A stretch of DNA of 64,000 nt. Origin: an uncultured Woeseia sp. (lineage in GTDB: Bacteria > Pseudomonadota > Gammaproteobacteria > Steroidobacterales > UBA11654). The notes beneath the pieces were generated by a model, which was not told where the DNA came from, did not search any database, and saw only the letters and a program-made list of their open reading frames with translations. The position numbers were made by a program, and so were the translations under genes. Position 1 is the first letter of the stretch, and the number at the start of each line of letters is the position of its first letter. Of this stretch, positions 9,143 through 18,221 are shown piece after piece. Where the stretch lies: contig CAYVTR010000002.1 of NCBI GenBank assembly GCA_964454905.1, positions 6,803 to 70,802 of the forward strand. The letters are read 5' to 3'.

Positions 9143-10435
9143 TTAAGATTTACTGTCCAAGAAATCTTTTAACCTATAAAACAGCATTCCTAATGACATT
9201 GCTGGACCAGAAAACCATTTACCGCCTGGTAATTGAATATGTTTCACACGAGACAATGTATCAATCATATCCCATTCATTACTTATCGCTGAAGCAATAA
9301 TCTTGGCTGCCATATGAGTGGGCCCTACTCCATGACCAGAATAGCCTTGAGAGTAAAAAATGTTCTCGGTTAGCCGCCCTAATTGGGGAATCCGATGAAT
9401 GGTAACGGCAACATTGCCAGCCCAAGCATAATCTATCCTTACATCATTAAGATCAGGAAATACATTTAACATCCGCTTTCTCAAATTTTGATCAATATTT
9501 TTAGGCTCAGCACCAGAATAATTCCATCGTCCCCCAAAAAGAAGCCTGTGATCGGGCGAAAGCCGATAGTAGTCCAAGATAGTATTTAAATCACAAACGG
9601 CCATATCACCAGAGATAAGTTGCTTTGCCCTCTCATTGCCTAAAGGTTCTGTGGCAATAATGCAGCTGTTTGCTGGCATAATCATCCGTCTTAGTTTTGG
9701 GTTTAATGTTCCAATATAGGCATTACCAGCTAACACTAGATGCTCAGTCTTTATAGACCCGTGTTCAGTTTCTATTAAAACCTCACTCCCTGGATTAATC
9801 TTTAATGCTTTTGTTTGCTCATAAATCGATACCCCAAGATCAGCTGCTGCCTTGGCTTCGCCCAAACATAGATTTAAAGGATGGAGATGACCACTTCCTG
9901 AATCAATCATACCTCCAATATAATTTGAAGAACCAACATAATTTTTTATTTGATTCTTGTCTACAAGAGTTAAATTATGCTGATAACCTCTTCGCTCCCA
10001 CTCCTCTTTTCTTATAATTAACTCATCCATTTGGGAATTATTTAGGGCTACCTCTATGAAGCCTTCCTTCAAATCGCATTGTATTCCAAATTCTTCTATG
10101 GTCTGCCTAACCAGATCAGTGCAATCTGCCCCCAGTTTCCAAACAGATTGAGCAATGTCGTCACCCCAACTTTCAAATTTATCACTAAAAGTAAAGCCAG
10201 AAATTAATTGTCCTCCATTCCGTCCACTTGCACCCCAACCTATTCTTGCAGCATCAATCAAAACCACCTCATATCCTTTTTTTGCAAGATTTATTGCTGT
10301 ATTCACTCCTGTAAACCCACCGCCGACAATACAAACTTCAGAGGAAATATTTTCTTTTAGTTCAGGGTAATTTTTAGAGTTATTTATAGTAGCTGCATAG
10401 TAAGAAGGAACATGCTCTATTTTTATGTTTTCCAT
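9143..10435 (-). CDS. FAD-dependent oxidoreductase, gamma-glutamylputrescine oxidase (PuuB)-like
   Basis: The N-terminus SYYAATINN...VCIVGGGFTGVNTAINLAKKGYEVVLIDAARIGWGASGRNGGQL resembles E. coli PuuB and shows a DAO-family dinucleotide fold. Confidence 0.75.
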   Translation of the reverse strand: MENIKIEHVPSYYAATINNSKNYPELKENISSEVCIVGGGFTGVNTAINLAKKGYEVVLIDAARIGWGASGRNGGQLISGFTFSDKFESWGDDIAQSVWKLGADCTDLVRQTIEEFGIQCDLKEGFIEVALNNSQMDELIIRKEEWERRGYQHNLTLVDKNQIKNYVGSSNYIGGMIDSGSGHLHPLNLCLGEAKAAADLGVSIYEQTKALKINPGSEVLIETEHGSIKTEHLVLAGNAYIGTLNPKLRRMIMPANSCIIATEPLGNERAKQLISGDMAVCDLNTILDYYRLSPDHRLLFGGRWNYSGAEPKNIDQNLRKRMLNVFPDLNDVRIDYAWAGNVAVTIHRIPQLGRLTENIFYSQGYSGHGVGPTHMAAKIIASAISNEWDMIDTLSRVKHIQLPGGKWFSGPAMSLGMLFYRLKDFLDSKS

Positions 10436-10519
10436 TTGTTATATTTTTTTAAATGATAATTTTTTTGCTTTAATAAACAGTGTAATATTGATTTATTGAT
10501 CAATTAAGGATTGTACATA

Positions 10520-12064
10520 ATGGCCAGAAGAAGAACCAGAAGAAGTCAACAGACCCCTATTGACAATGAAGTCATTAAACCTGTTGTAGAAAAAGGAATG
10601 ATTGGTGGAAAGTTTAAGCCATTATCCGATCATGATATAGAACAAATTCATCAAACAACTTTGGATGTTTTAGAAAACATTGGGATGTCAAACCCCCTGC
10701 CCCAATTAAAGGAAATAGCACTTAAAAATGGGTGTACGTTTACGGACCAAGGTCGCCTTCTCTTTCCAAGATCATTGGTAGAGGACGTTATTGCTAGAGC
10801 AGGCAGAGATTTTGTTATGTATGGGAGAGACCCAAAAGATGATATAGACATGTCTGATCAAAAAGTTCATCTCTATGGTGGAGGAGAAGCGGTCACCATG
10901 CTTGACTTAGGCGCAAAAAAATACAGATCATCAACAATCAATGATGTGTACGACATTGCTAGATTGGTTGATTATCTTGAGCATGTTCATAGTTATTCCA
11001 GAGTGGTTGTGGCAACTGAGTTTAGCGACCTATTAAAAACAGATATCAACACGGCCTATGCAAGTGTTGTAGGGACAACGAAACACACTGCTTTGACTTT
11101 TGCTAGTGGGGAACACGTGAAACCAACAATTGAAATGCTGGACATGATTGCAGGTGGTGAAGGTAGGTTCTTAAAACGACCCTTCTGTCATGGCGGGGGA
11201 TGTACGGTAGTGTCCCCTCTTCGCTATGGAACAGATAATTGCGAAGTAGCTGTAGCCTCAATCGATTTCAATGCACCAATATGGGTTGTAATTGCGCCTC
11301 AATCTGGAGCAACTGCTCCGGCAGCATTAGCGGGCTCTCTAGTGCAGGTTCTAGCAGAAACATTGGCGAGCTTATTATTGATTGATCTTATAAAACCAGG
11401 TCATCCTGTAATTTTTGGTCCATGGCCTTTTGTCACAGACCTTAGAACCGGGTCCTTTTCAGGAGGCAGCGGTGAAGAAGCTTTGATGAGTGCAGCAGCT
11501 GCCCAGATTACCAATCATTATGGTCTGGCTAGCTCTGTCGGTGCTGGCATGACAGATTCAAAAAGTCCTGATGCACAAGCAGGTTATGAAAAAGGTATAA
11601 CTGTTGTAATGGCTGCGTTAGCTGGGTGTAACAATGTTTCTGAATCTTCTGGGATGATGGCAAGCCTTATGGGTTATTCATTTGAATCTCTGGTGATTGA
11701 TAATGAAATGCTCGGGATGGTTATGAGAACAGTTAGAGGTATTGAGGTCAATGAAGAAACTCTGTCCTATAGAGCAATAAAAGACACGGTAGAGGGAGAA
11801 GGTCATTTTCTAAGGGATCCTCAAACACTTTCATTAATGAAAACTGAATATCTATATCCAACTCTCGCTGACCGCAGTACCCAAGAAGAATGGGAAGCTG
11901 AAGGTTCGCCAGATATACGACAAAGAGCTGAAAAAAGAGCTAGAGAAATCTTGAATTCACACTATCCTGTCTACATTGATGATGCCACTGACAAAAAAGT
12001 AAGGGACACATTCCCTATCGAAATTTCTAGAGACGTTATTAAGCCTACCAAAGATCGATTCTAG
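10520..12064 (+). CDS. MttB-superfamily (trimethylamine methyltransferase family) methyltransferase, non-pyrrolysine, paralog 1
   Basis: The uninterrupted ORF has no in-frame TAG. Family-typical blocks are LDVLENIGM, FPRSLVED, GGC..VSPLR, APQSGATAPAALAGSLVQ, TDSK..DAQAGYEK and HFL..PQT. I moved the start to the ATG at 10520 (MARRRTRR). Confidence 0.85.
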   Translation: MARRRTRRSQQTPIDNEVIKPVVEKGMIGGKFKPLSDHDIEQIHQTTLDVLENIGMSNPLPQLKEIALKNGCTFTDQGRLLFPRSLVEDVIARAGRDFVMYGRDPKDDIDMSDQKVHLYGGGEAVTMLDLGAKKYRSSTINDVYDIARLVDYLEHVHSYSRVVVATEFSDLLKTDINTAYASVVGTTKHTALTFASGEHVKPTIEMLDMIAGGEGRFLKRPFCHGGGCTVVSPLRYGTDNCEVAVASIDFNAPIWVVIAPQSGATAPAALAGSLVQVLAETLASLLLIDLIKPGHPVIFGPWPFVTDLRTGSFSGGSGEEALMSAAAAQITNHYGLASSVGAGMTDSKSPDAQAGYEKGITVVMAALAGCNNVSESSGMMASLMGYSFESLVIDNEMLGMVMRTVRGIEVNEETLSYRAIKDTVEGEGHFLRDPQTLSLMKTEYLYPTLADRSTQEEWEAEGSPDIRQRAEKRAREILNSHYPVYIDDATDKKVRDTFPIEISRDVIKPTKDRF

Positions 12065-12069
12065 AGTTC

Positions 12070-13629
12070 ATGTCAGCTCAAAAGCGAAGAAGTGGTGGCA
12101 GCAAAGCTAGAAGGGCAATTCGCCAAGGTAAAGCAAAGAAAGCGGTTGTTCACCCTGGGCTTGAAACCGGTAACTACAAACCATTGAGTGAGCATGATAT
12201 TAAAAAAATACATGCTACGGCACTAGACGTTCTAGAAAATATTGGCATTAGTGATCCTATACCAGGAATTCTTAATCACACACTTGATAAAGGATGCATC
12301 CTAGGTGATGACAACCGACTAAAATTTCCTAGATCTTTAGTTGAAGATCTTTTAGATATTGCTCCTAAAGACCATCTTATGTATGCCATAAACCCCAAAT
12401 ATGATTATATGGTGTCTGGAAACAAAACTTACTTATCCACATCCGGTGAGCCAATTTCCATATTTGAATATGAATCTCAATCATTTCGTCCTACAACATT
12501 GGTGGATATTTATGATGCTGCAAGGCTTTGCGATCAATTAGAACATATTCATCAGTATGGACAACCCTTTGCAATAACAGAATATAGCCAAGACAAATTT
12601 ACTCATGATATTAATGCTGCTTATGCTGCTTTAGCTGGAACACAGAAAGGGATAGGGCTTGCTGTGGATAATGTTGAACATATTGATCCTCTAATTAATC
12701 TCTTCGACACTTTTCTTGGAGGAGAAGGAGAATATATAAAACGACCTTTCGCTGAAATTGGGGGATGCCCAATAGTTTCTCCTCTAAGGTTTGGAAAAGA
12801 TAATGCTGAAGTCATGGTTAAGTTGGCTGAGATGGGCCTTTACATTGGTGTCTGTACAGCTCCTCAGACCGGTACTACAGCGCCTGCTTCTTTGGCAGGG
12901 AGTCTCGTTCAATCATTTGCCGAAACCCTTGCCTGTCTTTGTGTGGTCAACCTCATTAAACCAGGGTCATATTGTGATTTTGAAATGTGGCCATTTATAT
13001 CTGATCTTAGAACAGGCGCGTTCACCGGTGGTAGTGGTGAGCAAGCCTTAATCATGGCAGCAACAGCTCAAATGTGTAATTTTTATGGGCTAGTTTCTAG
13101 CGTTGCATGCGGGATGACGGACTCAAAAACAATGGATGCACAAGCCGGCTACGAAAAAGCAATAACAACCACAGCCGCAATGCTTGCTGGAGGAAACATT
13201 GTTTCATCATATGCTGGAGCAGTTGGAAGCATAATGGGATGGTCATTTGAGGGAGCGATTATTGACAATGATATGTCTGGAAATATACAAAGGTTAGTGA
13301 AAGGCATTGAGGTTAATGATGAAACATTATCCTATGATGTTATCAATGACGTTGTCTATGGAGATGGACACTATCTCAAACATCCTCAAACAATTAACCT
13401 AATGGAGTCTGAATTTTTATACCCTAATTTAGCAAATAGACAAACCACACAAGAATGGGAAGAATCTGGAAAGCAAACCATTTATGACGCTGCACATCTA
13501 AGGTTAAAACAAATGATGAAGAATTATTATCCAGAATATATAAATAAAAAAATTGATGACAAAATAAGATCTGAATTTCCAATTCGACTAGAAAAAGAAA
13601 GGATGAAACCAAATCTTGACTGGAAATAG
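12070..13629 (+). CDS. MttB-superfamily methyltransferase, non-pyrrolysine, paralog 2
   Basis: It shares the same conserved blocks as paralog 1 and is about half identical to it by eye. It starts 5 nt after paralog 1 ends. Confidence 0.85.
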   Translation: MSAQKRRSGGSKARRAIRQGKAKKAVVHPGLETGNYKPLSEHDIKKIHATALDVLENIGISDPIPGILNHTLDKGCILGDDNRLKFPRSLVEDLLDIAPKDHLMYAINPKYDYMVSGNKTYLSTSGEPISIFEYESQSFRPTTLVDIYDAARLCDQLEHIHQYGQPFAITEYSQDKFTHDINAAYAALAGTQKGIGLAVDNVEHIDPLINLFDTFLGGEGEYIKRPFAEIGGCPIVSPLRFGKDNAEVMVKLAEMGLYIGVCTAPQTGTTAPASLAGSLVQSFAETLACLCVVNLIKPGSYCDFEMWPFISDLRTGAFTGGSGEQALIMAATAQMCNFYGLVSSVACGMTDSKTMDAQAGYEKAITTTAAMLAGGNIVSSYAGAVGSIMGWSFEGAIIDNDMSGNIQRLVKGIEVNDETLSYDVINDVVYGDGHYLKHPQTINLMESEFLYPNLANRQTTQEWEESGKQTIYDAAHLRLKQMMKNYYPEYINKKIDDKIRSEFPIRLEKERMKPNLDWK

Positions 13630-13724
13630 GTCTTTAATAAGATTATCATTCTACACAACACTGATTTGAACCAGATTGCAGGTGCCTAAATATTGCTAAA
13701 GCGGGGTTAAAATAAGATTTCGAT

Positions 13725-13760
13725 AAAACCTGTTTAGCAAAAGCTATCAGGTTTTTTTTT
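13725..13760 (+). terminator. intrinsic terminator or attenuator hairpin between mttB paralog 2 and metF
   Basis: AAAACCTG-TT-TAGC-AAAA-GCTA-T-CAGGTTTT forms an extended hairpin that runs into a T9 tract. The hairpin ends 14 nt before the metF ATG. Confidence 0.55.
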
Positions 13761-13773
13761 GGAAAAAGATTTT

Positions 13774-14619
13774 ATGATTAAGGACATTTCATTTGAGTTC
13801 TTTCCTCCAAGAACAGAGAAAATGGAGCAGAACCTAAAGCAAAACATAGGAAAGTTAATGGAACTATCTCCTAAATTTGTATCTATTACCTATGGTGCAG
13901 GAGGGACCACTCGAGATAAAACTCATAAAATCATCTCTAAGTTAATAAGTGAAACCGATCTCAATGTTGCTGCCCATTTAACCTGTGTCAATTCAAGTAT
14001 AAATGAAATTGATGAGGTTATAGAAAGCTACACCTCCATAGGGGTTAAACACATTGTTGCTCTTAGAGGTGATATGAAAGATTTAGGTCCATTTACCCCT
14101 CATCCTAAAGGTTTAAATAGTTCAATTGAGCTAGTCAGACATATTAAAGGCAAAAGCAACATAAAAGTTTCTATTAGCGGTTATCCTGAGCCACATCCAG
14201 AATCCCAAGGAATTTCGACAGATATTAACTTTATTAAATCTAAAATTGATGCTGGGGCTGATCAAATAATTACTCAATTTTCCTTTCAAGCTGAAAATTA
14301 TATTAAATATAGAGATACATTAGTTAACCAAGGCATTAATATACCGATTATTCCTGGGATTATGCTTATTAAGAGCTTTAAAGGAATAAAGAATATGAGT
14401 AATAAAGTTGGCATAAATGTACCAAATTGGGTTGATAAAACCATTGAAAGAGAAACAGAAGAAACTCAAAAAGTAATAGCTGAGGATTTTGCTAGAACCC
14501 AATCATCTGTATTAGAAAGCAATGGATTTGAGCAACTTCACTTTTATACCTTAAATGAATCTAAGATTATGAAAAACATTGCTAAACACCTAGGCTTTTA
14601 TAAAAAAAGTACTATATAA
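13774..14619 (+). CDS. metF: 5,10-methylenetetrahydrofolate reductase, canonical E. coli-type
   Basis: SFEFFPPRTEKMEQNL, SITYGAGGTTRDKTH, AAHLTCV, ALRGD and ITQF are classic MetF blocks. I chose the ATG at 13774 rather than the TTG at 13759. Confidence 0.85.
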   Translation: MIKDISFEFFPPRTEKMEQNLKQNIGKLMELSPKFVSITYGAGGTTRDKTHKIISKLISETDLNVAAHLTCVNSSINEIDEVIESYTSIGVKHIVALRGDMKDLGPFTPHPKGLNSSIELVRHIKGKSNIKVSISGYPEPHPESQGISTDINFIKSKIDAGADQIITQFSFQAENYIKYRDTLVNQGINIPIIPGIMLIKSFKGIKNMSNKVGINVPNWVDKTIERETEETQKVIAEDFARTQSSVLESNGFEQLHFYTLNESKIMKNIAKHLGFYKKSTI

Positions 14620-14635
14620 ATAAAAAAGAATAATC

Positions 14636-15679
14636 ATGATAACAATCGAATCTCAGATAAAAGAAAAAGGTTATCTACTAGCAGATGGTGCTACTGGAAC
14701 AAACTTATTTGACATGGGATTAGAGTCAGGTTATTCCCCGGAATTTTGGAATCTAGAATTCCCTGAGCGTGTAAAAGCTAACCATGAAAATTTTATACGT
14801 GCTGGATCAGACATTATCTTAACCAACTCGTTTGGAGCAAATAAATATAGACTGGCCCTTCATGATGCTGAAAACAAAGTAGAAGATTTAAATTTTGAGG
14901 CAGCGAGACTTGCAAAAGAATCAACTGATACATTTGAAAAACCTGTTTTTATCGCAGGCTCAATAGGCCCAACTGGTGAAATATTAGAACCATTAGGCAC
15001 ATTAACTAAAAAAGATGCTCAAGCAGCTTTTAAAAAACAGGCGTCAGCATTGAAAGACGGTGGTGCTGACCTACTATGGATTGAAACCATGTCCTCAGAA
15101 GAAGAAATGGAAGCCGCTTTATTAGGAGCCAAAGAGTCGTCATTACCCATCATTTGTTCTTATAGTTTTGATACTCATGGTAAATCCATGATGGGTCTAG
15201 AACCCTCACAGCTTGCAGAGCTTGCCAGAAAGTACTGTCCAGATGTTATTGGTTATGGAGCAAACTGTGGTATAGGGGCTTCTGAGTTAATTGGTTCTTT
15301 AATTTGCTTTAAAACCTCTAACAAGAATGAAGATCTGTTGCTTGTGGCTAAGGGTAATTGTGGTGTTCCTGAATTTAAGGGAGATGCCATAGTCTATAAT
15401 GGAACCCCGGAAATGATGGCAAAGTATGCTCGACACGCTAGAGATATGGGTGCATCTATTATAGGCGGATGCTGTGGCACCACCCATGTTCACATAAAGG
15501 AAATGTCAGAGGCATTACAATCGTATAAACCCTTAATAGAAAAAATAGATCTAGATTCTATTATTGAAGATTTGGGACCCATGACCGTTGGAAATAAGGA
15601 AATGATAAATAATTATCTCAACCCAGGCTCAACACAAACAAAAGCAACAAGAGAAAGAAAAAGAAAAAGAAGAAGATGA
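14636..15679 (+). CDS. homocysteine S-methyltransferase domain protein (stand-alone MetH Hcy-binding module; BHMT-like alternative)
   Basis: Supporting motifs are LLADGATGTNLF, ILTNSFGAN, GANCG and the GGCCGTTHVH zinc-ligand cysteines. The C-terminus is polybasic: TRERKRKRRR. Confidence 0.8.
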   Translation: MITIESQIKEKGYLLADGATGTNLFDMGLESGYSPEFWNLEFPERVKANHENFIRAGSDIILTNSFGANKYRLALHDAENKVEDLNFEAARLAKESTDTFEKPVFIAGSIGPTGEILEPLGTLTKKDAQAAFKKQASALKDGGADLLWIETMSSEEEMEAALLGAKESSLPIICSYSFDTHGKSMMGLEPSQLAELARKYCPDVIGYGANCGIGASELIGSLICFKTSNKNEDLLLVAKGNCGVPEFKGDAIVYNGTPEMMAKYARHARDMGASIIGGCCGTTHVHIKEMSEALQSYKPLIEKIDLDSIIEDLGPMTVGNKEMINNYLNPGSTQTKATRERKRKRRR

Positions 15680-15743
15680 ATGACTTTTGTAGCTAAAACG
15701 CTTGACCTGAAGTACTATATATTCGAAAAATTGGAGTTAGATA

Positions 15744-16430
15744 ATGCCAGAAGAATTTGATGATATTATACTTTCAGAACTCGATGATCAAGAACTCACA
15801 GAGCAGATGCATGAAGACCTCTATGATGGTTTAGCTGAAGAAATTGCTGAAGGAACGCAAATCTTATTAGATAGAGGATGGGAAGCAACTGAAGTATTAG
15901 ATAAAGCTCTAGTTGAGGGTATGGTCGTTGTGGGTGATGATTTCCGTGATGGAATTTTATTTGTCCCAGAGGTTTTATTGGCAGCCAATGCAATGAAAGC
16001 AGGCATGGCTTTATTGGAACCGATTCTGTCAGAATCTGGAGTAGAACCAATTGCCACAATGGTGATCGGAACTGTCAAGGGTGATATCCATGACATTGGC
16101 CAAAAACTGGTAGGAATGATGATGGAAGGCGCTGGCGTTGAAGTCTTCAATCTTGGCGTTAACACCGACGTCGATGAATACATTAATGCTCTTGAAGAAC
16201 ATAATGCAACAATTCTTGGAATGTCAGCATTGCTCACCACAACCATGCCCTATATGAAAGTAGTGGTTGATGAATTAAAAGCAAGAGGAATCAGAGACAA
16301 ATACATCATTATGGTTGGTGGCGCACCTTTGAACGATGAATTTGCTGAACACGTTGGAGCAGATGCTTATTGCATGGATGCTGGTAGCGCTGTAGAGACT
16401 ATGAAAAAGTTAGTTGCTGCTAACAATTAA
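15744..16430 (+). CDS. corrinoid (cobalamin-binding) protein with B12-binding cap and Rossmann domains
   Basis: Supporting motifs are DxHxxG (GDIHDIGQKLV), SALLTTTM and MVGGAPL. The N-terminal 37 aa are strongly acidic (15 D/E, no K/R). Confidence 0.85.
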   Translation: MPEEFDDIILSELDDQELTEQMHEDLYDGLAEEIAEGTQILLDRGWEATEVLDKALVEGMVVVGDDFRDGILFVPEVLLAANAMKAGMALLEPILSESGVEPIATMVIGTVKGDIHDIGQKLVGMMMEGAGVEVFNLGVNTDVDEYINALEEHNATILGMSALLTTTMPYMKVVVDELKARGIRDKYIIMVGGAPLNDEFAEHVGADAYCMDAGSAVETMKKLVAANN

Positions 16431-16432
16431 TA

Positions 16433-17023
16433 ATGACCGAAAAATTACTTATTATTGCTTGTGGGGCACTGGCATTCGAACTAAATCAACTAAAAAAACT
16501 CAACTCTTGGAATCATGTGAGTATCAAGTGTCTTGATGCAGAACTTCATAATACTCCTAAATTAATACCCGAGAAAGTCAGAGAAAAATATCTGACTTTG
16601 AAAGATGATTTCTCAAAGGTTTTTATCGCCTATGCTGATTGTGGTACAGGCGGATTACTAGATAATGTTCTAAAAGAATATGGTCTTGAAAGACTAGAGG
16701 GTGCCCATTGTTATGAGTTTTATTCAGGGCAAAGAAATTTTACTCATTTTACTGAACAAGAACTTGGCACATTTTACTTAACCGATTTTCTGGTCAAACA
16801 TTTCGAAAGATTGGTAATAGAAGGATTGGGTATGGATCAACATCCAGAATTAAAAAATGATTATTTCAAACATTATAAGAAAGTTATCTATTTAGCTCAG
16901 TCTAGATCAAAATCATTACAGCAAGATGCTAAAAAATATGCAGATTTTCTAGACTTAGATTACTCTTTTTATTACACAGGTTTAGATAATCTAGAATCGC
17001 AATTAAATCAGTCGGTTAACTAA
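16433..17023 (+). CDS. DUF1638-like protein (accessory protein of split corrinoid methyltransferase systems)
   Basis: LLIIACGALAFEL...AYADCGTGG fits DUF1638 as I recall it. The gene sits between the corrinoid protein and the pterin-binding gene. Confidence 0.6.
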   Translation: MTEKLLIIACGALAFELNQLKKLNSWNHVSIKCLDAELHNTPKLIPEKVREKYLTLKDDFSKVFIAYADCGTGGLLDNVLKEYGLERLEGAHCYEFYSGQRNFTHFTEQELGTFYLTDFLVKHFERLVIEGLGMDQHPELKNDYFKHYKKVIYLAQSRSKSLQQDAKKYADFLDLDYSFYYTGLDNLESQLNQSVN

Positions 17024-17322
17024 TGGGTAAAATGATTACAATTTATTGGAGAGATATTCCTTCACACGTGATCTATAAGCTCGGCAGAGAAAAATATAAA
17101 AAACAGCTTAACCCTAAATTCGAGACCGCTATTGATAGAGCCGCAATGAGAGCGGGTAAAGGCTCGAGTGATGCCTATATGTCAGAATGGCGGAGAGAAA
17201 CAGTTGCCATGCAAGGAAACCCTCAAGAGTTGGTAGATAACCTAGTGAATGAATTAGAAAATCAATTTACTGATGAGGTTCTTGAAAAAACGATTAAGGC
17301 CAAAGGAATAAAACCAAAATAG
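17023..17322 (+). CDS. small conserved protein (99 aa), possibly of the 'virulence factor' domain family seen beside split-MetH genes
   Basis: It is coupled to DUF1638 through a TAATG overlap. The family assignment is from memory only. Confidence 0.4.
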   Translation: MGKMITIYWRDIPSHVIYKLGREKYKKQLNPKFETAIDRAAMRAGKGSSDAYMSEWRRETVAMQGNPQELVDNLVNELENQFTDEVLEKTIKAKGIKPK

Positions 17323-17331
17323 GATTACATT

Positions 17332-18210
17332 ATGCCGCGAACAATTATAAGCTCCAATACAAAAGAAATCATTATTGATCCAGATCAACCATTCGTGATC
17401 ATTGGCGAGAGAATCAATCCAACAAATAGAAAATTGCTCGCAGCAGAAATGAAAGTAGGCAATCTTGAAAGAGTTGAACAAGATGCTATGAGCCAAATCA
17501 ATGCAGGCGCACAAATATTGGATGTTAATGCGGGAGTTCCATTAGCTGATGAACCAAAAATTTTGGCAGACTCAATTAAATTAATTCAGAGTATATCTGA
17601 TGTCCCACTGTGCATCGATTCTTCAATAGTCGAGGCCTTGAAGTGTGGTCTTGAAGCTTATCAAGGTAAAGCACTGTTGAACTCAGTAACTGGTGAAGAG
17701 GAACGATTAGAAACTGTTCTACCTTTAGTGAAACAATTTGGATGTGCTGTTATTGGAATATCTAACGATGATTCAGGTATATCTGAGGATATCAACGTTC
17801 GTTTTGAAGTTGCAAAAAAGATAGTTGAACGAGCCATGGATCATGGGATCCCCAAAGAAGATGTCATAATTGATCCTTTGGTTATGCCGATAGGTGCTAT
17901 CAATGATGCCGGAAAACAGGTTCTAGAGTTGATAAAGAAATTACAGAATGAATTACAAGTCAATACCACCTGTGGTGCTTCTAATTTAAGCTTTGGTCTC
18001 CCAAATCGACATGGATTAAACACAGCTTTTATTGCCATGGCAATAGCCAATGGTATGCCCTGTGCAATCACCAATCCATTAGAAAAAGAGATAATGCAAT
18101 CCATTAGAGGGGCAAATGTCGTTATGGGGCATGATCCTGAATGTTCTGATTGGATTATGCATTACCGAGAACCCAGAGAGAAAAGAAGCAGAAGAAAAAG
18201 AAGATCTTAG
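17332..18210 (+). CDS. pterin-binding domain protein; methyltetrahydrofolate:corrinoid methyltransferase (MetH pterin module / AcsE-MtrH-like)
   Basis: Supporting motifs are IIGERINPTNRK, LDVNAG, CIDSS, NSV and a DHPS-like TIM barrel pattern. The C-terminus is polybasic: REPREKRSRRKRRS. Confidence 0.8.
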   Translation: MPRTIISSNTKEIIIDPDQPFVIIGERINPTNRKLLAAEMKVGNLERVEQDAMSQINAGAQILDVNAGVPLADEPKILADSIKLIQSISDVPLCIDSSIVEALKCGLEAYQGKALLNSVTGEEERLETVLPLVKQFGCAVIGISNDDSGISEDINVRFEVAKKIVERAMDHGIPKEDVIIDPLVMPIGAINDAGKQVLELIKKLQNELQVNTTCGASNLSFGLPNRHGLNTAFIAMAIANGMPCAITNPLEKEIMQSIRGANVVMGHDPECSDWIMHYREPREKRSRRKRRS

Positions 18211-18221
18211 CTTCATATCCT

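Noticed and set aside
10520-12150. The arginine-rich N-termini of both MttB paralogs could be twin-arginine (Tat) signal peptides.
   Set aside because: No hydrophobic h-region or AxA cleavage site follows the RR runs. The proteins are cytoplasmic corrinoid-dependent enzymes, and similar basic runs occur at the C-termini of their partner enzymes.
10520-13629. Possible pyrrolysine (in-frame TAG) encoding in the MttB-family genes.
   Set aside because: Both ORFs are uninterrupted over their full family length, with no in-frame amber codon. No pyl genes are in the window.
15796-16246. Two antisense ORFs (87 and 141 aa) inside the corrinoid-protein gene.
   Set aside because: They lie entirely within a CDS that has strong motifs on the other strand, and their translations are low-complexity (Ser/Pro/Ile-rich). 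They are typical shadow ORFs.
18150-18221. The longer N-terminal version of the RACo ORF (track start 18150), overlapping the pterin-binding gene by 61 nt.
   Set aside because: The extension is just the pterin gene's basic tail region read in another frame (KKQKKKK). The ATG at 18222 gives a normal ferredoxin-domain N-terminus 12 nt after the upstream stop.
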